A stretch of DNA of 64,000 nucleotides. It comes from Bugula neritina. Lineage: Eukaryota > Animalia > Bryozoa. Numbering within the stretch: the first letter of the stretch is position 1; every line of letters starts with the position of its first letter. Where the stretch lies: assembly GCA_964035545.1 (NCBI GenBank), contig OZ037765.1, positions 6,954,698-7,018,697 of the forward strand. Direction: 5' to 3'. A program made the translations under genes and the position numbers. Shown piece after piece: positions 23,815 through 36,300 of this stretch. The notes beneath the pieces were generated by a model. It did no database searches. It worked only from the letters and a program-made list of their open reading frames with translations, and was not told where the DNA came from.

Positions 23815-26800
23815 CTAGACCTTTAACTTCCTGGTAGGAAATGTACAGTTGGAACGGTTAAGGCAAACATCACATTTGGGTCGAATAGCAGAGCAGGTTT
23901 GCTGGCCAAACCCAACAAGAAGCCAATTTATTTCATGCCATAACTCCCTACAATAAAAGCACAAACGTGGATAAAACAATAAAAACTTGTAGGTAATCAA
24001 AAGCTATTAATAAAACGGAGCTGCAAAATTAGAGCATATAAAACAATCCATTGCAGATTATACAGAAACAATTTCTGCATAAAAATGTGGAGACAGATGT
24101 GAAAAGTGTACAAAATATCCAGAAAATTTGTTTTTAAAATAAGACATAGCACCAAACAAGAAAAGTTATAACACTGTGTTGAAAAAATTACTAGTAGCAT
24201 TTGAATATTTGTGCCTAAATGCTGCTTTTGAAAGTCTATTACTTTCAGTGTGCAAAGGGGAAACGATGTTTGAAGTAAAACTGTAATTTCTTCTCAGGTC
24301 TATTATATCATTGTCTACATTATCAGCTACTTACTTGGGAAGCCATGATTCCAAAGCTTTTCTGCAGTCTTCGGGCTGTTTAGGTTTATTCTGAATCCAC
24401 CCCAACCTTTGAGTAATCCTGAACACATGAGTATCCACAGCTATCCCTGTTGTGTCATTCCAGGCACACTGCATTATGAGATGAGCCATCTTAGGTCCTA
24501 TACCTAGCACCAAATGAAATATGAATACGGTTATGGGAAGGGGTCTATAAGAAAAGTTTCAATTGACATTACACATTAAGCCCACAGACACCCAAATATC
24601 AGTCTAAAGTTGACCTTTGCAACTCAATTTGCACTAAAAATGAACGACTTGAACTCTTTAAGAAATAATATTAACTTTGATGTGCTGCTCATCAGTTTTA
24701 AAAATCTGCTTGGAACTAATTTTACTATTGCCAAGAATAAGTTACATTTAGTCTTCAACTTTTTAAATTTAAATGTTTAAAATGTGATAAAAGTGTTTGA
24801 ATGAAAAATAATATAACAGACTAGACAGCAATGTAATCTTGCTAATTATTTATGGGATAGCGCTTTGTGGTGAGGACTTGCGAAAAAGAAGAGTCAATTT
24901 TTTAATAATTAAAGCTTTAAAAAACTAATATGAACTGTAAGAAATGCTTTTAAATACAAGTCTTTTTTCAAAAATGAGTAGAAAAATATATAAAAACAAT
25001 CATTCAAGTTGCATCATACAAAATACTTTCAAAATTACATTGCTTATTTAAATGCAGTTTACTATGTCAACAAGTAACCAATCTATTGAATATATGTTAA
25101 TAATATCTTACCTGGTAGAGCCACCAGTTCTTCCACTGTGGTTGGTATGTCACAATCATATTTCTCCTTTAACAAGGCTGACGTTCTCTTTATATATGAA
25201 ACTTTGCTCTGTTTAAATAAAATTTATTTTAAAAACCATATTCAAAATTACCATAGAAGCTAAAAGAATAATAATAAACATTAGTATTTGAGGTGTAAAA
25301 GAATGTGCATTTTGTATATTCAGATTATTTTAAGTTATACTTTATTGAATTACCTTCCAAAAGCCAACAGGGTATATCAGTTTCCCTAGCACGTCATCAC
25401 TAGTCTTTAAGATTCTCTCTACAGAGCAGCCATGGGCCTTCAACCTAGCCATGGCAGCTGAGGTTACTTCATCTTTTGTCATACTTGACAACATTAAAGA
25501 CAGCATAACTTGATATCGGAAGTCCTACAAGGTCAAGATAAGGGGAGTCTAGAAAAAAGCAGCAGGCCCAATGACTTCTAGCGTTCATATTCGCTACTTA
25601 AACATATTTTTCGAAGTAAGTGTATTTCACCGGGCACTAGTATCAAGAATATCATCAGAGCACTTCATAGCAATACTTTTGTTGGTTTCTCAACTGTATT
25701 TTAGGTAACTTTTGCATAATCGGGAATAAAATGATAGCTTGTAATGGTAAAAGTCATCAGCTGAACCATTTGAATTCATAAATCCAAATCCAGGGAAATT
25801 GGAATATTTATTAGAAGCCCTACCATTACAGGTGACAGAAGATTGCGACACTACCTTAGGCTGAGCATCTTTATCACTAATCTTTTCGCAGCCCATTGAA
25901 TCAACAGGAGCATCAAATGATGACCTCATTGTCCTAATATTCAGGAGTTGTTCTCTCCAATATGGTGGTGACCAGATCCCTTCAGCCACCTAAATACAGA
26001 ACTTTATATTTTAAGGATTTTAAAAAAAACTTTGCTCCTACTAGAATTCGAACTCGAAACCTCCGGTTTGCAAGCAAGTATGCTAACCATTACATCACGG
26101 GAACTGCTAGGTTTACTCAACACTACATCCCAACCAGTTTTCTGAACTCCACTGGCTTCTCCACTACTCATTTAGACATCAAGTTCCCCTGGCTTTTCAA
26201 CTCTCTCGGAGTACTACTACTCCACTTCGCTAAAGGCCGAAAGAGCTTCTGAAAAAACTTAGCCCCCACCGGGATTTGAACCCGAGCCCTTCAGCTTGCA
26301 AGCAAGTGTGCTAACAAATACACCACAGGAACTACTGGGTAATCACAACACTACAGTGATTTAGACTTAGGCTATATAATACACAGCCTACTTATTCAGC
26401 TTCAGAGAATAATCCTAATAAGATCTTCCTCCGTATCTCACCAAGCTACATGTCCTGAAACATGACATAGAATATCAAACTTAACTCACGAATCTGTTAA
26501 ATTCAGCTATTTTGTCCCTATACACACATACATAAGCTACAAAACGGAGGTCCAAGTCTTTTTCATGACCTACGGAAAGTTGTGAAAATGGGATCGGTGA
26601 GTATATACGGAGGGAACATTATCTCAAAACACTCGATAGCCTATATACATAGCATTACAAAAACATTTGTCAGTAGAGTTTTTTGTAGAACAAAACAACG
26701 ATTAATTGATGTATAGATTTGTCAGAGTGCTACAGCCCAATTCATAAAATATTTAAAGGTCAAGGTCTTTCTTGATTATAGTAAAAAATTCTAACACCTG

Positions 26801-27467
26801 TGGCAAGGCAGATGCATATTCTTCGTACTCTATTTTAACTGAGGGAAGCTTTTTTCTCTTCTTGGCGGGAGCTGTTTCTGAATGTACCAGTTTCTCTTGT
26901 TTTACAGTAGTCAATATAGGCTGTTCATGAACTTCTTTCCTACCCAATTTTATAAAAAATAACTTACAAATCTGCAACTCACTTTATATCGGGGCTCAAA
27001 TAAATTATTATATAGTTATATTTATGCAACTAAATATCATAGAATCCTACTGAACTGTGGCAGTCGAGTGCCGGGAAAATATAACTTGAACAAAACTATG
27101 ATTTGGAAAAATATTTATAATACATAAACAATTATGTTGAAAAACCATCCTTTAAAAATGCTTTTACATGTAATGAATTGGGTGCAATAAATTACTTAAA
27201 AATCAAAAAGTCTTAATATTCATCATCCATGTCAAAAATCAAATAGCTTAATTTGAAATTTTGTAATAATTATTAACTTTAAAAGAAAGGCGCTTCTGAT
27301 AATTTTAGTCCATACTTGATTTTTTGTGTCGTTAGAATCGGTGGATCTTTTTTGTAGTCCGCCAAACCGCCTGCGAGAGATTTATCTCGACAGGCTTTGT
27401 GAGCTGAAAGCTTCTGGGATATAGTGCAAGAGTTTGCCTTAGTGCCACTTCGTAAACTATATGCCAT
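23815..27467 (-). CDS. NTHL1: Endonuclease III-like DNA glycosylase/AP lyase, ~332 aa, 7 coding exons
   Basis: Exons 27467-27316, 26939-26798, 25989-25855, 25524-25354, 25208-25112, 24503-24335, 23947-23815 join in frame. [15 protein letters not shown], Hh[25 protein letters not shown], and the [4Fe-4S] motif C-X6-C-X2-C-X5-C. Confidence 0.95.
26022..26127 (-). pseudogene. tRNA-derived repeat / tRNA pseudogene, family B, copy 1
   Basis: Minus strand GTTCCCGTGATGTAATGGTTAGCAT..GAGTTCGAATT..GGAGCA followed by a T-run; the anticodon stem does not pair. Confidence 0.65.
26252..26355 (-). pseudogene. tRNA-derived repeat / tRNA pseudogene, family B, copy 2
   Basis: Acceptor stem GTTCCTG/TGGGGGC, D arm GTGT/GCAC and T arm TCGGG-TTCAAAT-CCCGG all pair; anticodon arm broken; T6 run follows. 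Confidence 0.65.
26368..26645. mobile_element. Possible degenerate MITE
   Basis: TAGGCTA/TAGCCTA ends plus internal inverted match CTTCCTCCGTATCTCACC versus GGTGAGTATATACGGAGGGAA. Confidence 0.35.
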
Positions 27468-28415
27468 GGCAGTAAAAACTGAAAGGATTCTACAATCAAA
27501 TGAAATTAATACTTGCAAATGAAAAGTAATAGATGGTCAGAAAATATCCTAATTTTTATCAGAAGGATTGGGCATGGCTAGTAGATTTGGTAAGCGTTGA
27601 AATAAAAAAATTATTATTACAGTTGGACAAGAAAAATTTCAAGTTGATTAAGCAGGAAAAATGACCACTTGGTCTATGCTGAATATTTCTAGTTGTTTTG
27701 GTGAAAACAAAACATATTCATGTTTTCGAATAATTTCATAAAACTGAGATAACTTTTGATTTGGTATTTCACTTTACAGATGGACAGTCTTTCTTGCTGT
27801 AAATTTCTGCTATGGCTAGCACTATTCAAAAAAGCTACACCAACTTGTATCAATTCAGTCCCAAAAAATCTATAGTAACAATTACTTAGAGAAACAATGA
27901 TGGCAGTGATGGATTGAACTCACATTATCTGAAATAGTTGCTTATAGCTTAAGTTGATTTGTTAAAGTTATTAAAAAAAGACTATTCAAATATTTTACTT
28001 GACAGTTTATTCAAATTGAGAATGCTGAGTGACTAGCCACAAGACTAGATTTTGAAGCATTAGTAATTCAAATGCTCAAACTGCATTTTTAGTTCTGAGT
28101 GTTTATAGGCAAAAGTTTAGATAATATAAGATCACATTTAAGGCCTGGGCACACTTTGACGAAACGTCGGACGCAACACCAAAACCTGAATGTCGATGCC
28201 ATTTCATTTCGTCAATATGCAGTCACACATTGAACAAAAAGTGTCAAGTTCAATATTAGACTGCAACCAATAAACAATATGCAAATTATTTTCTGCGGCG
28301 AGTGAATTTTCATATAATATTCACATACCGACAAATTTGCAGCAACACCTTTCTCTTAAAGCATGGTACACATGTCATTGACTCAATAAAAAAATTGAAA
28401 CAAAATCTTTTTTAA

Positions 28416-28420
<5 letters not shown>

Positions 28421-28448
<28 letters not shown>
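28421..28448. repeat. (TA)n microsatellite
   Basis: Read directly. Confidence 0.9.
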
Positions 28449-28450
<2 letters not shown>

Positions 28451-28487
28451 CACACTGAAATCGCTAGTATTAAGGGCTAATAAAATC

Positions 28488-28876
28488 TGTTCTACTCCAG
28501 CACCTAAGACGCATGGAACCTTCTGGATCCAGCTACCTCCAACATATAAAAGGAGGCACACAAACCAGTGGATTCAGTCTACGGCCAGCACTCAAGGAGG
28601 ACACATCAAGAAGCTACCAACCAAGGACACTTATATGCTTAGTTATATAGTTGATACTTTTATACCTAGAATAACAGTAACAGACAGTTTTCCGCTTGAT
28701 GTATGGAGTAATCCCCTCGAACTCTCTTTTCATTTTAATGTGATTTTGGAGTAGAAATAAAGGATTGTAAGTATAAATACTCTGTTTTATTGTTAATAAT
28801 TACTCTTTGCAAAGAGTCACTGTGTTTTCATCAGCTTAAAACTCATACCTATAATTTCATGCAGCGAATAATAACA
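28488..28876 (+). mobile_element. Solo-LTR-like element
   Basis: TGTT..AACA termini, HSE-like GAACCTTCTGGA at 28516, TATAAAAG at 28545, AATAAA at 28756; no TSD found. Confidence 0.4.
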
Positions 28877-28896
28877 TTCCACACATAAATTTTTAC

Positions 28897-29854
28897 ACTA
28901 TACGCAAAGCTTTTAGTGTGAAGTAATTTGGCCAATTTAAGATAACTAATTTTGATTTTTTAGCTTGTCACCTTATATAAAATTAATAGCTGTCTTGCTA
29001 ATTATTCATAAACTTACAGAATTGTTAGGCTTTAAGTTACGCAACAAATAACTAATGGCAGTAAGTTTTACTACCCATTTAAATTCAATTTAAATGCTCC
29101 TACTTTTTGTACCTTCTACCGTCTATAATTTTATATAATTAAGTTTTCTTAATCATTGTACTGAAAGTCAAAGTTTTGGCATCTGAAAAAGTGGCTCTTG
29201 TAATTATCAAGTACTTTGCTTAGCAATAAGTAATAATTTATCACTTCTATTAGCAGACAACATTTTAGCGAGCAGACATTTTTCTACTTCTCAGATCGAT
29301 CTGCCGTCTTTCCATGCACCGGCTTTCCATGTACCGATCTCAGGGAGATCGATCCATGGAAAGACGTCAAAGATCGATCTCAGTCGTTCTGAGCTGGTCG
29401 GTCTGTAGAGCTCGAACTCAGATCGATCTCATGTCAATAAGACCATGGAAAGACGCCAGATCGATCTGAGAAGTAGAAAAAGACTGCGCGCTACAATGTT
29501 GTCTGCTAATAAAAATGATAACTTGTTGATAATTACTAAGCAAAGTATTAAATAATTATGATAGCCACCTTTTCAGATGCCAAAACTTTGACTTTCAGTA
29601 CAATGATTAAGAAAACTCAATTATATGCAGTAGAAGGTAAAAAAATGGGAGAATTTAAATTGAATTTAAATGACTATTAAAACTTAGTTTCATTAGCTAT
29701 TTTCTTAGTAATTTTAAGCCTAACAGTCCTGTAAGTTTATTAATAATCTGCAAGACAGCCATTAATTTGATATAAGCTGTCAAGCTAAAAAATTAAAGTT
29801 AATTATTTTAAATTGGTCAAATTACCATACACTGAAAGCTTTGCTGCGTATAGT
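28897..29854. repeat. Long imperfect inverted repeat, arms ~28897-29316 and ~29444-29854
   Basis: Arms align throughout, e.g. TTTTCTTAATCATTGTACTGAAAGTCAAAGTTTTGGCATCTGAAAA versus TTTTCAGATGCCAAAACTTTGACTTTCAGTACAATGATTAAGAAAA. Confidence 0.92.
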
Positions 29855-30172
29855 TTATAGCTGGGATTGAATTTTAGACTATGACCATTTTGTTTTCAAC
29901 AGTAGTAGCTTTAATCACTCAAATAGGTGAACAAATTAGACTTTCAAAATATCCTTCACCTAAGAGGAGGCAACTTCGCTAGATCGATCTGACACTCTCA
30001 TGGAAAAACGATCGATCAGAGCACATTTCTCAGATCGATCTCAACGAGATCGATCTGAGATCGGTACATGGAAAGCTCGTGATGGTCTAATTGCTTTGAG
30101 ATCGATCTTTGACAACTTTCCATGGATCGATCTCGCTGAGATTGATCTGAGATCGATCCATGGAAAGCCAGC
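29319..30172. mobile_element. Non-autonomous TIR element with subterminal AGATCGATCT / CATGGAAAG repeats (possibly Harbinger-like)
   Basis: CCGGCTTTCCATG and CATGGAAAGCCAGC ends; 29322-29382 matches the reverse complement of blocks in 30057-30134. Confidence 0.7.
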
Positions 30173-30275
30173 AAATGAGCTTTGTCCGAGCATGGGCTGA
30201 AATGATTTGGGATTTCAAATTGATTGCCGATTAAGTTTCCGGTCGGCTTTAACTTTACAGCTACTATAAACCTTG

Positions 30276-30451
30276 TACTAATTATCGCTAACTTTTACTG
30301 CATATTAAATTTTTAGCTGGTGCACAGCACAGCCCAATAGCTGAGGTGGCTTGAAAATTCAACGTTTAAACTTTCATGCGATTTCAGTGATTAGGCTGTG
30401 CAGTGCACCAGCTAAAAATAACACGCAATGAAATTTAGCTATTATTAGTAT
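30276..30451. mobile_element. ~175-bp fold-back hairpin element (MITE-like)
   Basis: ATTTTTAGCTGGTGCACAGCACAGCC versus GGCTGTGCAGTGCACCAGCTAAAAAT, with pairing extending outward to TACTAAT/ATTAGTA and inward to a short loop. Confidence 0.75.
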
Positions 30452-33363
30452 AAATAAATAGCGTCTAACTGAGACGCTTTTATCTGGAATGAAACTACCA
30501 TGTTAGCAAATTTTAGTGCTCTAGATACTTCAATACCTATAACATGTAGCTGTAACACACGTGCAATTCCATTGAAACACACGTGGAAACTTTACCGACA
30601 GGCAGCAATCCTTATATAGATGGTACCACACATACAGTAAAACCTGGCTGTATATTATTGGATAAACTACGTATTGTAGTTCCTGTAATACCATATACGG
30701 ACGCCTTGAACGGCTGGGTCTCTTCCTGGGTAATGTAAATAGGAGGGCTCTTCTATGCAGTGGGCACTCTTTAATACCACCTAGACCCAGGCAGATGTTT
30801 TTGGAGCTGAGCAGTCATGAGAAGTACCAACAAGAATAGTTGAGGTAATCAATATCAACTTAGGCTACTATACATGCATATGAAGATAATATAACATCTA
30901 ACAATTAATTATATTGCTACGTTAAACTTGAATATAAATTGTAAACTTGAGTTATAACTTATAACGATTAACAACAACGATCTAATTATACGTTATAACA
31001 ACGTATAATTCATTAATTCAATAATTGAAATTGAAGCTAATAACTAATGAATTTAAAATTAATCTATGCTAATTTAATCATTGAGTAATAATAATTCTTA
31101 TTATTAATATTATGCAATAGCGAATACGGAATACTGCAGGAAATTTTTAAAGCAATATGAGTAAACTATAATTTAAAATTAAATTTAATGGCTTAGAGTT
31201 AGCGCTATCATTGTGATTATCTAAAAAAATTTTATATAATTATAGTAGCCAGAGGCATAGATAGTAAGATAGAATTATTACTTATGAAATCATTAACAAA
31301 ATTTTAAACAGATGAGTATAAATATTTAAATTACATACATTATCATTATGATTATGATTAAGTATAAGTATAACATAGCGATACTGATAGTTATACTTAT
31401 ACTTATAGTGATCAGTGATGGCTACTGTTAGTATCATAGTGATAGTATAAGTATTGGTTGTATGCTAAAAAAATAAAATGCAAGTAAATTACTATTAGTA
31501 TTAGTCATAAATAAATTTTGTAGAAGTCAAAGCCCAAAAGGCATGAGAGTGATAGACAGTCTGAGTCTCAGTCACACTGACACTCACACTGACACTGACA
31601 CTAGACTAGTCACAGTGACACACTGACACTGAATCTCAATCTGACAGTGGACGTGGTGGGCAGGAAAATTATGAATTGGTTAACTTTAAGCACTTGCTTG
31701 ATTTTTAATTGCCATTAGTATTACTATTAAAGTTATTATCACTATGATTATCATTATAATTATATTACGATTATTTACTTTTAGTTTTACATTGTCGAGC
31801 AGTCTTAATTTTTGGTGTTCAAGCACGTAGCACGTGCAATTTTATTGATTATTAGCTTTAATTCGGAACGTTGAAATAGGACAGAAAACTCTAATTAGAG
31901 CTTCGTTTCAGAACCGTAGAAAAACCACACTGATTTCAATTTGTCGACAAAACAATAGTTTTTATAGAGTTGTCTTTTCTCTTTTGACAACTGTAGTGTA
32001 TGACATAACAGGCAGAAAGCTAGAGCATTCTAAAAAATTAATAAACACTATGACTATGTGATTTATCACACTTACACAAATCATACATACTTTGTCATTA
32101 TTTTAATTTGGCAATGATTATAATGCCTATTTTAATCGTATTAGTTTTTATAGCTATTTGGCACACAAATAATAATATATTATAGGGAAAAACAATTTTA
32201 GTTATTTCACATATAATCATTTTCACAATATAAATATTGAGCAAACATATTAATTTTTTAATTCCAACAGTTCACTGAAATATTAGAAATATTACCTGAC
32301 CCTTATTAAGTTTTAAATATTATAAACTGTTTCAAATTGGTGCATCAGATATTTCTCTGATATAATTATCAGGCTACAATAACACGGCTTTTTAATTTCA
32401 ATGTCCATGTATAATATTAGGTGGTTTATTTTTAACTCTTATTAATATATAATTACATAAGTTTTCCACTTTATTAATAGCATACATGTATAATTTTACC
32501 TGCATAATATTATTATCATATGCAAGCATATCTGTTGCTAAAGTATTCATGGAAATACATAAGATATTTAGACTTTTACAGCAACATGCTATACACCAAG
32601 TTATGTAGGTTAATCTTCACTGGTTTGTTGGTAGGAAAATTCCAAGCGTAAAAATCTCATTCGCCTTTATTTTAGTAAATGATTATTGGTAATTATTTTC
32701 CACTTATCATTCTGGTTGCATGATTTTAATTAACAACTCATGAACATCAATGCCCCTATGCTAGTCTATAATGCCCATGTAATGTCATATTCAACTGTGT
32801 TTTCTTTTTACATACTTTTATCCCATTACAAAAATTAGAGCAATCAATTGAAATGCCATGTCAAATATTGTCATTGCTTGCATGTGTGTTTTTTATCTCA
32901 ATTAAATTAATCAAGCCAGTAAATGGACAAAAGTAATAAAGTTAATAGAACAGGGAAAACTGAATTAACTTTGTAATTGTCTATAGTCAATAATAGTTAC
33001 AGTTAGTGAAACAACATTAAAAATCTGTAAGCACAACAATAATTAAGCTACAAATAATTATTTCTGCTCAGACTTGTCTGTTCTTTGCTATAGATCACAT
33101 TTTATAAATATTCAACATTTTCACAAAGCTGTTACTGATATTTTTTCATTTTTTAACCAAATGCACAATACAAATATTCAATGCTGTTACCAAGTAACTT
33201 GTGATGGCAAAGTAACAATCCTTATTCTGTATCATTTAGGAACACTAATATTACAACAAAAGAAACAATACCTATTCCTTGTTTTACTTAAGCAATACTA
33301 TGATGAAATTTAAGAACTCATTGAAAAGTTGTAAATAACCATTTAATTTCTGCTCATCTACTA

Positions 33364-36300
33364 TCAAGGGCTTACTGAAGATGAGTGGGAATTGTCTTCA
33401 TCTGTATCTTTTCTGCTACTTTCATCAGTATCAATCTTAGAAGAACCAGTACTTTGCAAAGTAGTGTTAATTTTTTTAACTACCTTTTTCTCATTTATTG
33501 GAAGCGAAGATTGCGGTTGATTAGCATCTTTCTCCTTAGTATGAGGCACTGTCGTGGGTGGGTAGCAATTGCTCCAACTCTTTCCTGTAGATACATTTAG
33601 TGTCGACCAAATTACCTTTTTAGGTTCGGCTGCGGCAAGACTCGTGTAATCAGTTTCATTATCTCTTTCAATTTGCTCAAAAGATTTTTGCAAATGAACG
33701 TTGCTCTCTACATTTTTCAGCCAGCTTTTAATACTCTGCCTTGGTGGCGGCGGTGGTGTTAATCCTTGGTTACAGGTAAATGCTTGAAAAGATTTCACAG
33801 GATACGGGGAGTAATCAGCCCCTTTTGATTGGCCACTTGCATGTTTGGGTAGTGACTGGTATGTTGGGTGTGATAACTCCTGCAAATAAGGAAGCTGGTA
33901 CAAAGTGGAGGCATGAGGGAGTATGCTACTGGGTATAGAATGACTCGCTTGAAAGGTCTTGGGAGTAAGTTGAAAAGAACGATTGTGTTTTTTCTCCTGC
34001 TGATTACAGTGATTGCGGTTTCTATCTTGTTCTATAGCAGCTGTCTGCAATTCAGCCAATCTACCTCCACTACAAAACAAAACAGATAACTGTGCAAGCA
34101 ATACTTACATAGCTAAGCTGTGTAAAAGATCAGACAACGATAACTTTAGGTTTCTAGTAAATTGGAACAAAAAGAAAGTCCTTTGACTAGATTACTTAAT
34201 TTTCAATTAGGTTTCAAGCTTTAGAGTTCTGTTCGAGTAGAACAGTCCGTTTAGTTACATGTATTTCAAATTATAGCACATCAAACTTATATCAATTGAT
34301 TACCAAGAACCATGGTTATTTTCCATCATTTCTCCTAAGTCTCAATAGAAATTTTCCTACAACTTTTGAGAGTAATAAAAATTACTGCAGGGGGAGGGGG
34401 CTACGACACTGTGCATGCTTTTACTGCCTTATGCTTTAGTTCAGGAGCGTCCAACAAGGGCCGGATCAGGGCTACTCTGTGAAATTTAGTTTGATTGAAA
34501 GGCCGCAGCAAAGGCATTTTTCAAATTTATCTAAAATTTTTGAAAGTTTCAAATGACTAGACTCTGGGTGTATATAAATAAATTGTTTTATTTGTTAGTT
34601 TAGGTTTACACACGTATCTCATATAGGACATTTATTGCACATAAAATAAAATATAACATTAAAAGCATGCATTTACAACTCTGCATCTAAAAGAAGATAG
34701 AGTTAGCTAGTTTAACTGTTAACGAAGTTGTGTAAGTTTAGTTCAAGAATAATAAAACCAAAGCGATTGTCAAGCTGGTTTAAAAACTGGCAATTATGAC
34801 TAAAATAACAATATGGAACTTTTAGTAGTGCACTATTTATAGTGACTGTTTACCAGGTGTTCATCATACCAATGTAGATTGCTAGAAAATATGAGTTAAC
34901 AAATTCAATATTTTTCACCCTTGAGTTTATAAAACATTATATAATTTCTAACACTATAACAGGGCATTTCATAGCACTAAGAATTACATACACTCTATAA
35001 GTGCTCCTTGTACCTGTTCTATCATGTTATTAGTGGACAGTTCATAATTACCAGTAACATTTCTTGAAACATTGCTTTAGTGAAACAACATATAACACAT
35101 ATTAGACTATATTCAGGCACCAAATATAACATATCACTTGCGTTTTCACTACTCCATGCTTTACCTGCACAACACACTCTGTACTGTATATTATACTCAG
35201 GTATACCTGTCACTATTGTCCCTGAAGCCTTTAGCAAATGGATTGTATTTCACCTTTAAAGTAGTTATCTAGAATGACACAAATATATAAGTTTTGCTTG
35301 CGGATTACACTTTTTTATTTTACTTTTTCTCATTCTACCCGATATAGATATGGAATGATGACCACAATGACCACATGTTTACAATAGCATTACAGTATTA
35401 CTATGCTATTTTTATAATAATATGCTATACAAATGGCTTACTTTACTATAATATCATATTTTATAGTATTATGTTATAGTTTCATTTATATGCTGTACCA
35501 AACTACTATACTCATAACTAACTTTGAATCAAGCTTTCAAAATGGTGACTAAAATTAAACCATTTATATATCACACTTCAAAACATTATAGATTAAAAAA
35601 CTTATTATACAATATTAATGAGAATTACACATAATACTCATAATTATTACAAGATAAGTAGAAATAAAGTATAATATTACATTTGCATTTTGATAGGCTG
35701 TCACAGCTATGAATGTGGTTTCTGGAAACTTGAAGATTTGTGGTTGTCTGCTACCCTCTTGAGGAGTGATTATCAGTCTTGGTTGATACTTATGCATGGA
35801 ACTGAGAATAAGCTATGGCCAGATTGAAATGAAATAAATAGTACAACTGTCATTAAATAATTTTAAAAAAAAATTAATAAGTAAGTATCTTCTTTTATAA
35901 TTCATTTATGAAATTGCTCATATGCAGGCACTCTAGAAATAATGGTAACAGCTATTATGAAGATTATAAACTATTAAAGCACTGCAAGATAAGCAGAAGT
36001 TGTGTATTGACATAACTTAGATTATACAACCAAAATATTGACTTTACAGTAGTTACATCATAAATGTAACTTGCTTACATGTTGACCATCATCACTCCGT
36101 TTATTGTTAGTTAGCTTCAATTTGGCAAAAGAGACATCTTGTTTCATAAGGTTTGTCCCTGTATTAGGGGTATCCTTGTGCATGTAGGGCCTGGTGACTG
36201 AAATGGTCAAATATAATAAAGATAATAACCAATAATAAGAGTTATCAATTTAAGGTATATAACTTTGTGCAATATATTGTTATTGGTAAGATGCAAATCA

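Noticed and set aside
26022-26355. Functional tRNA-Cys or tRNA-Ala genes
   Set aside because: Anticodon stems do not pair and the copies are mutually diverged; treated as tRNA-derived repeats.
30000-30200. 66-aa ORF
   Set aside because: Lies in the subterminal repeats of a non-autonomous element; no transposase motifs.
35014-35074. Extra T-box gene exon
   Set aside because: It would end in phase 0, while the last exon needs phase 2; direct splicing 35207 to 34069 keeps the frame.
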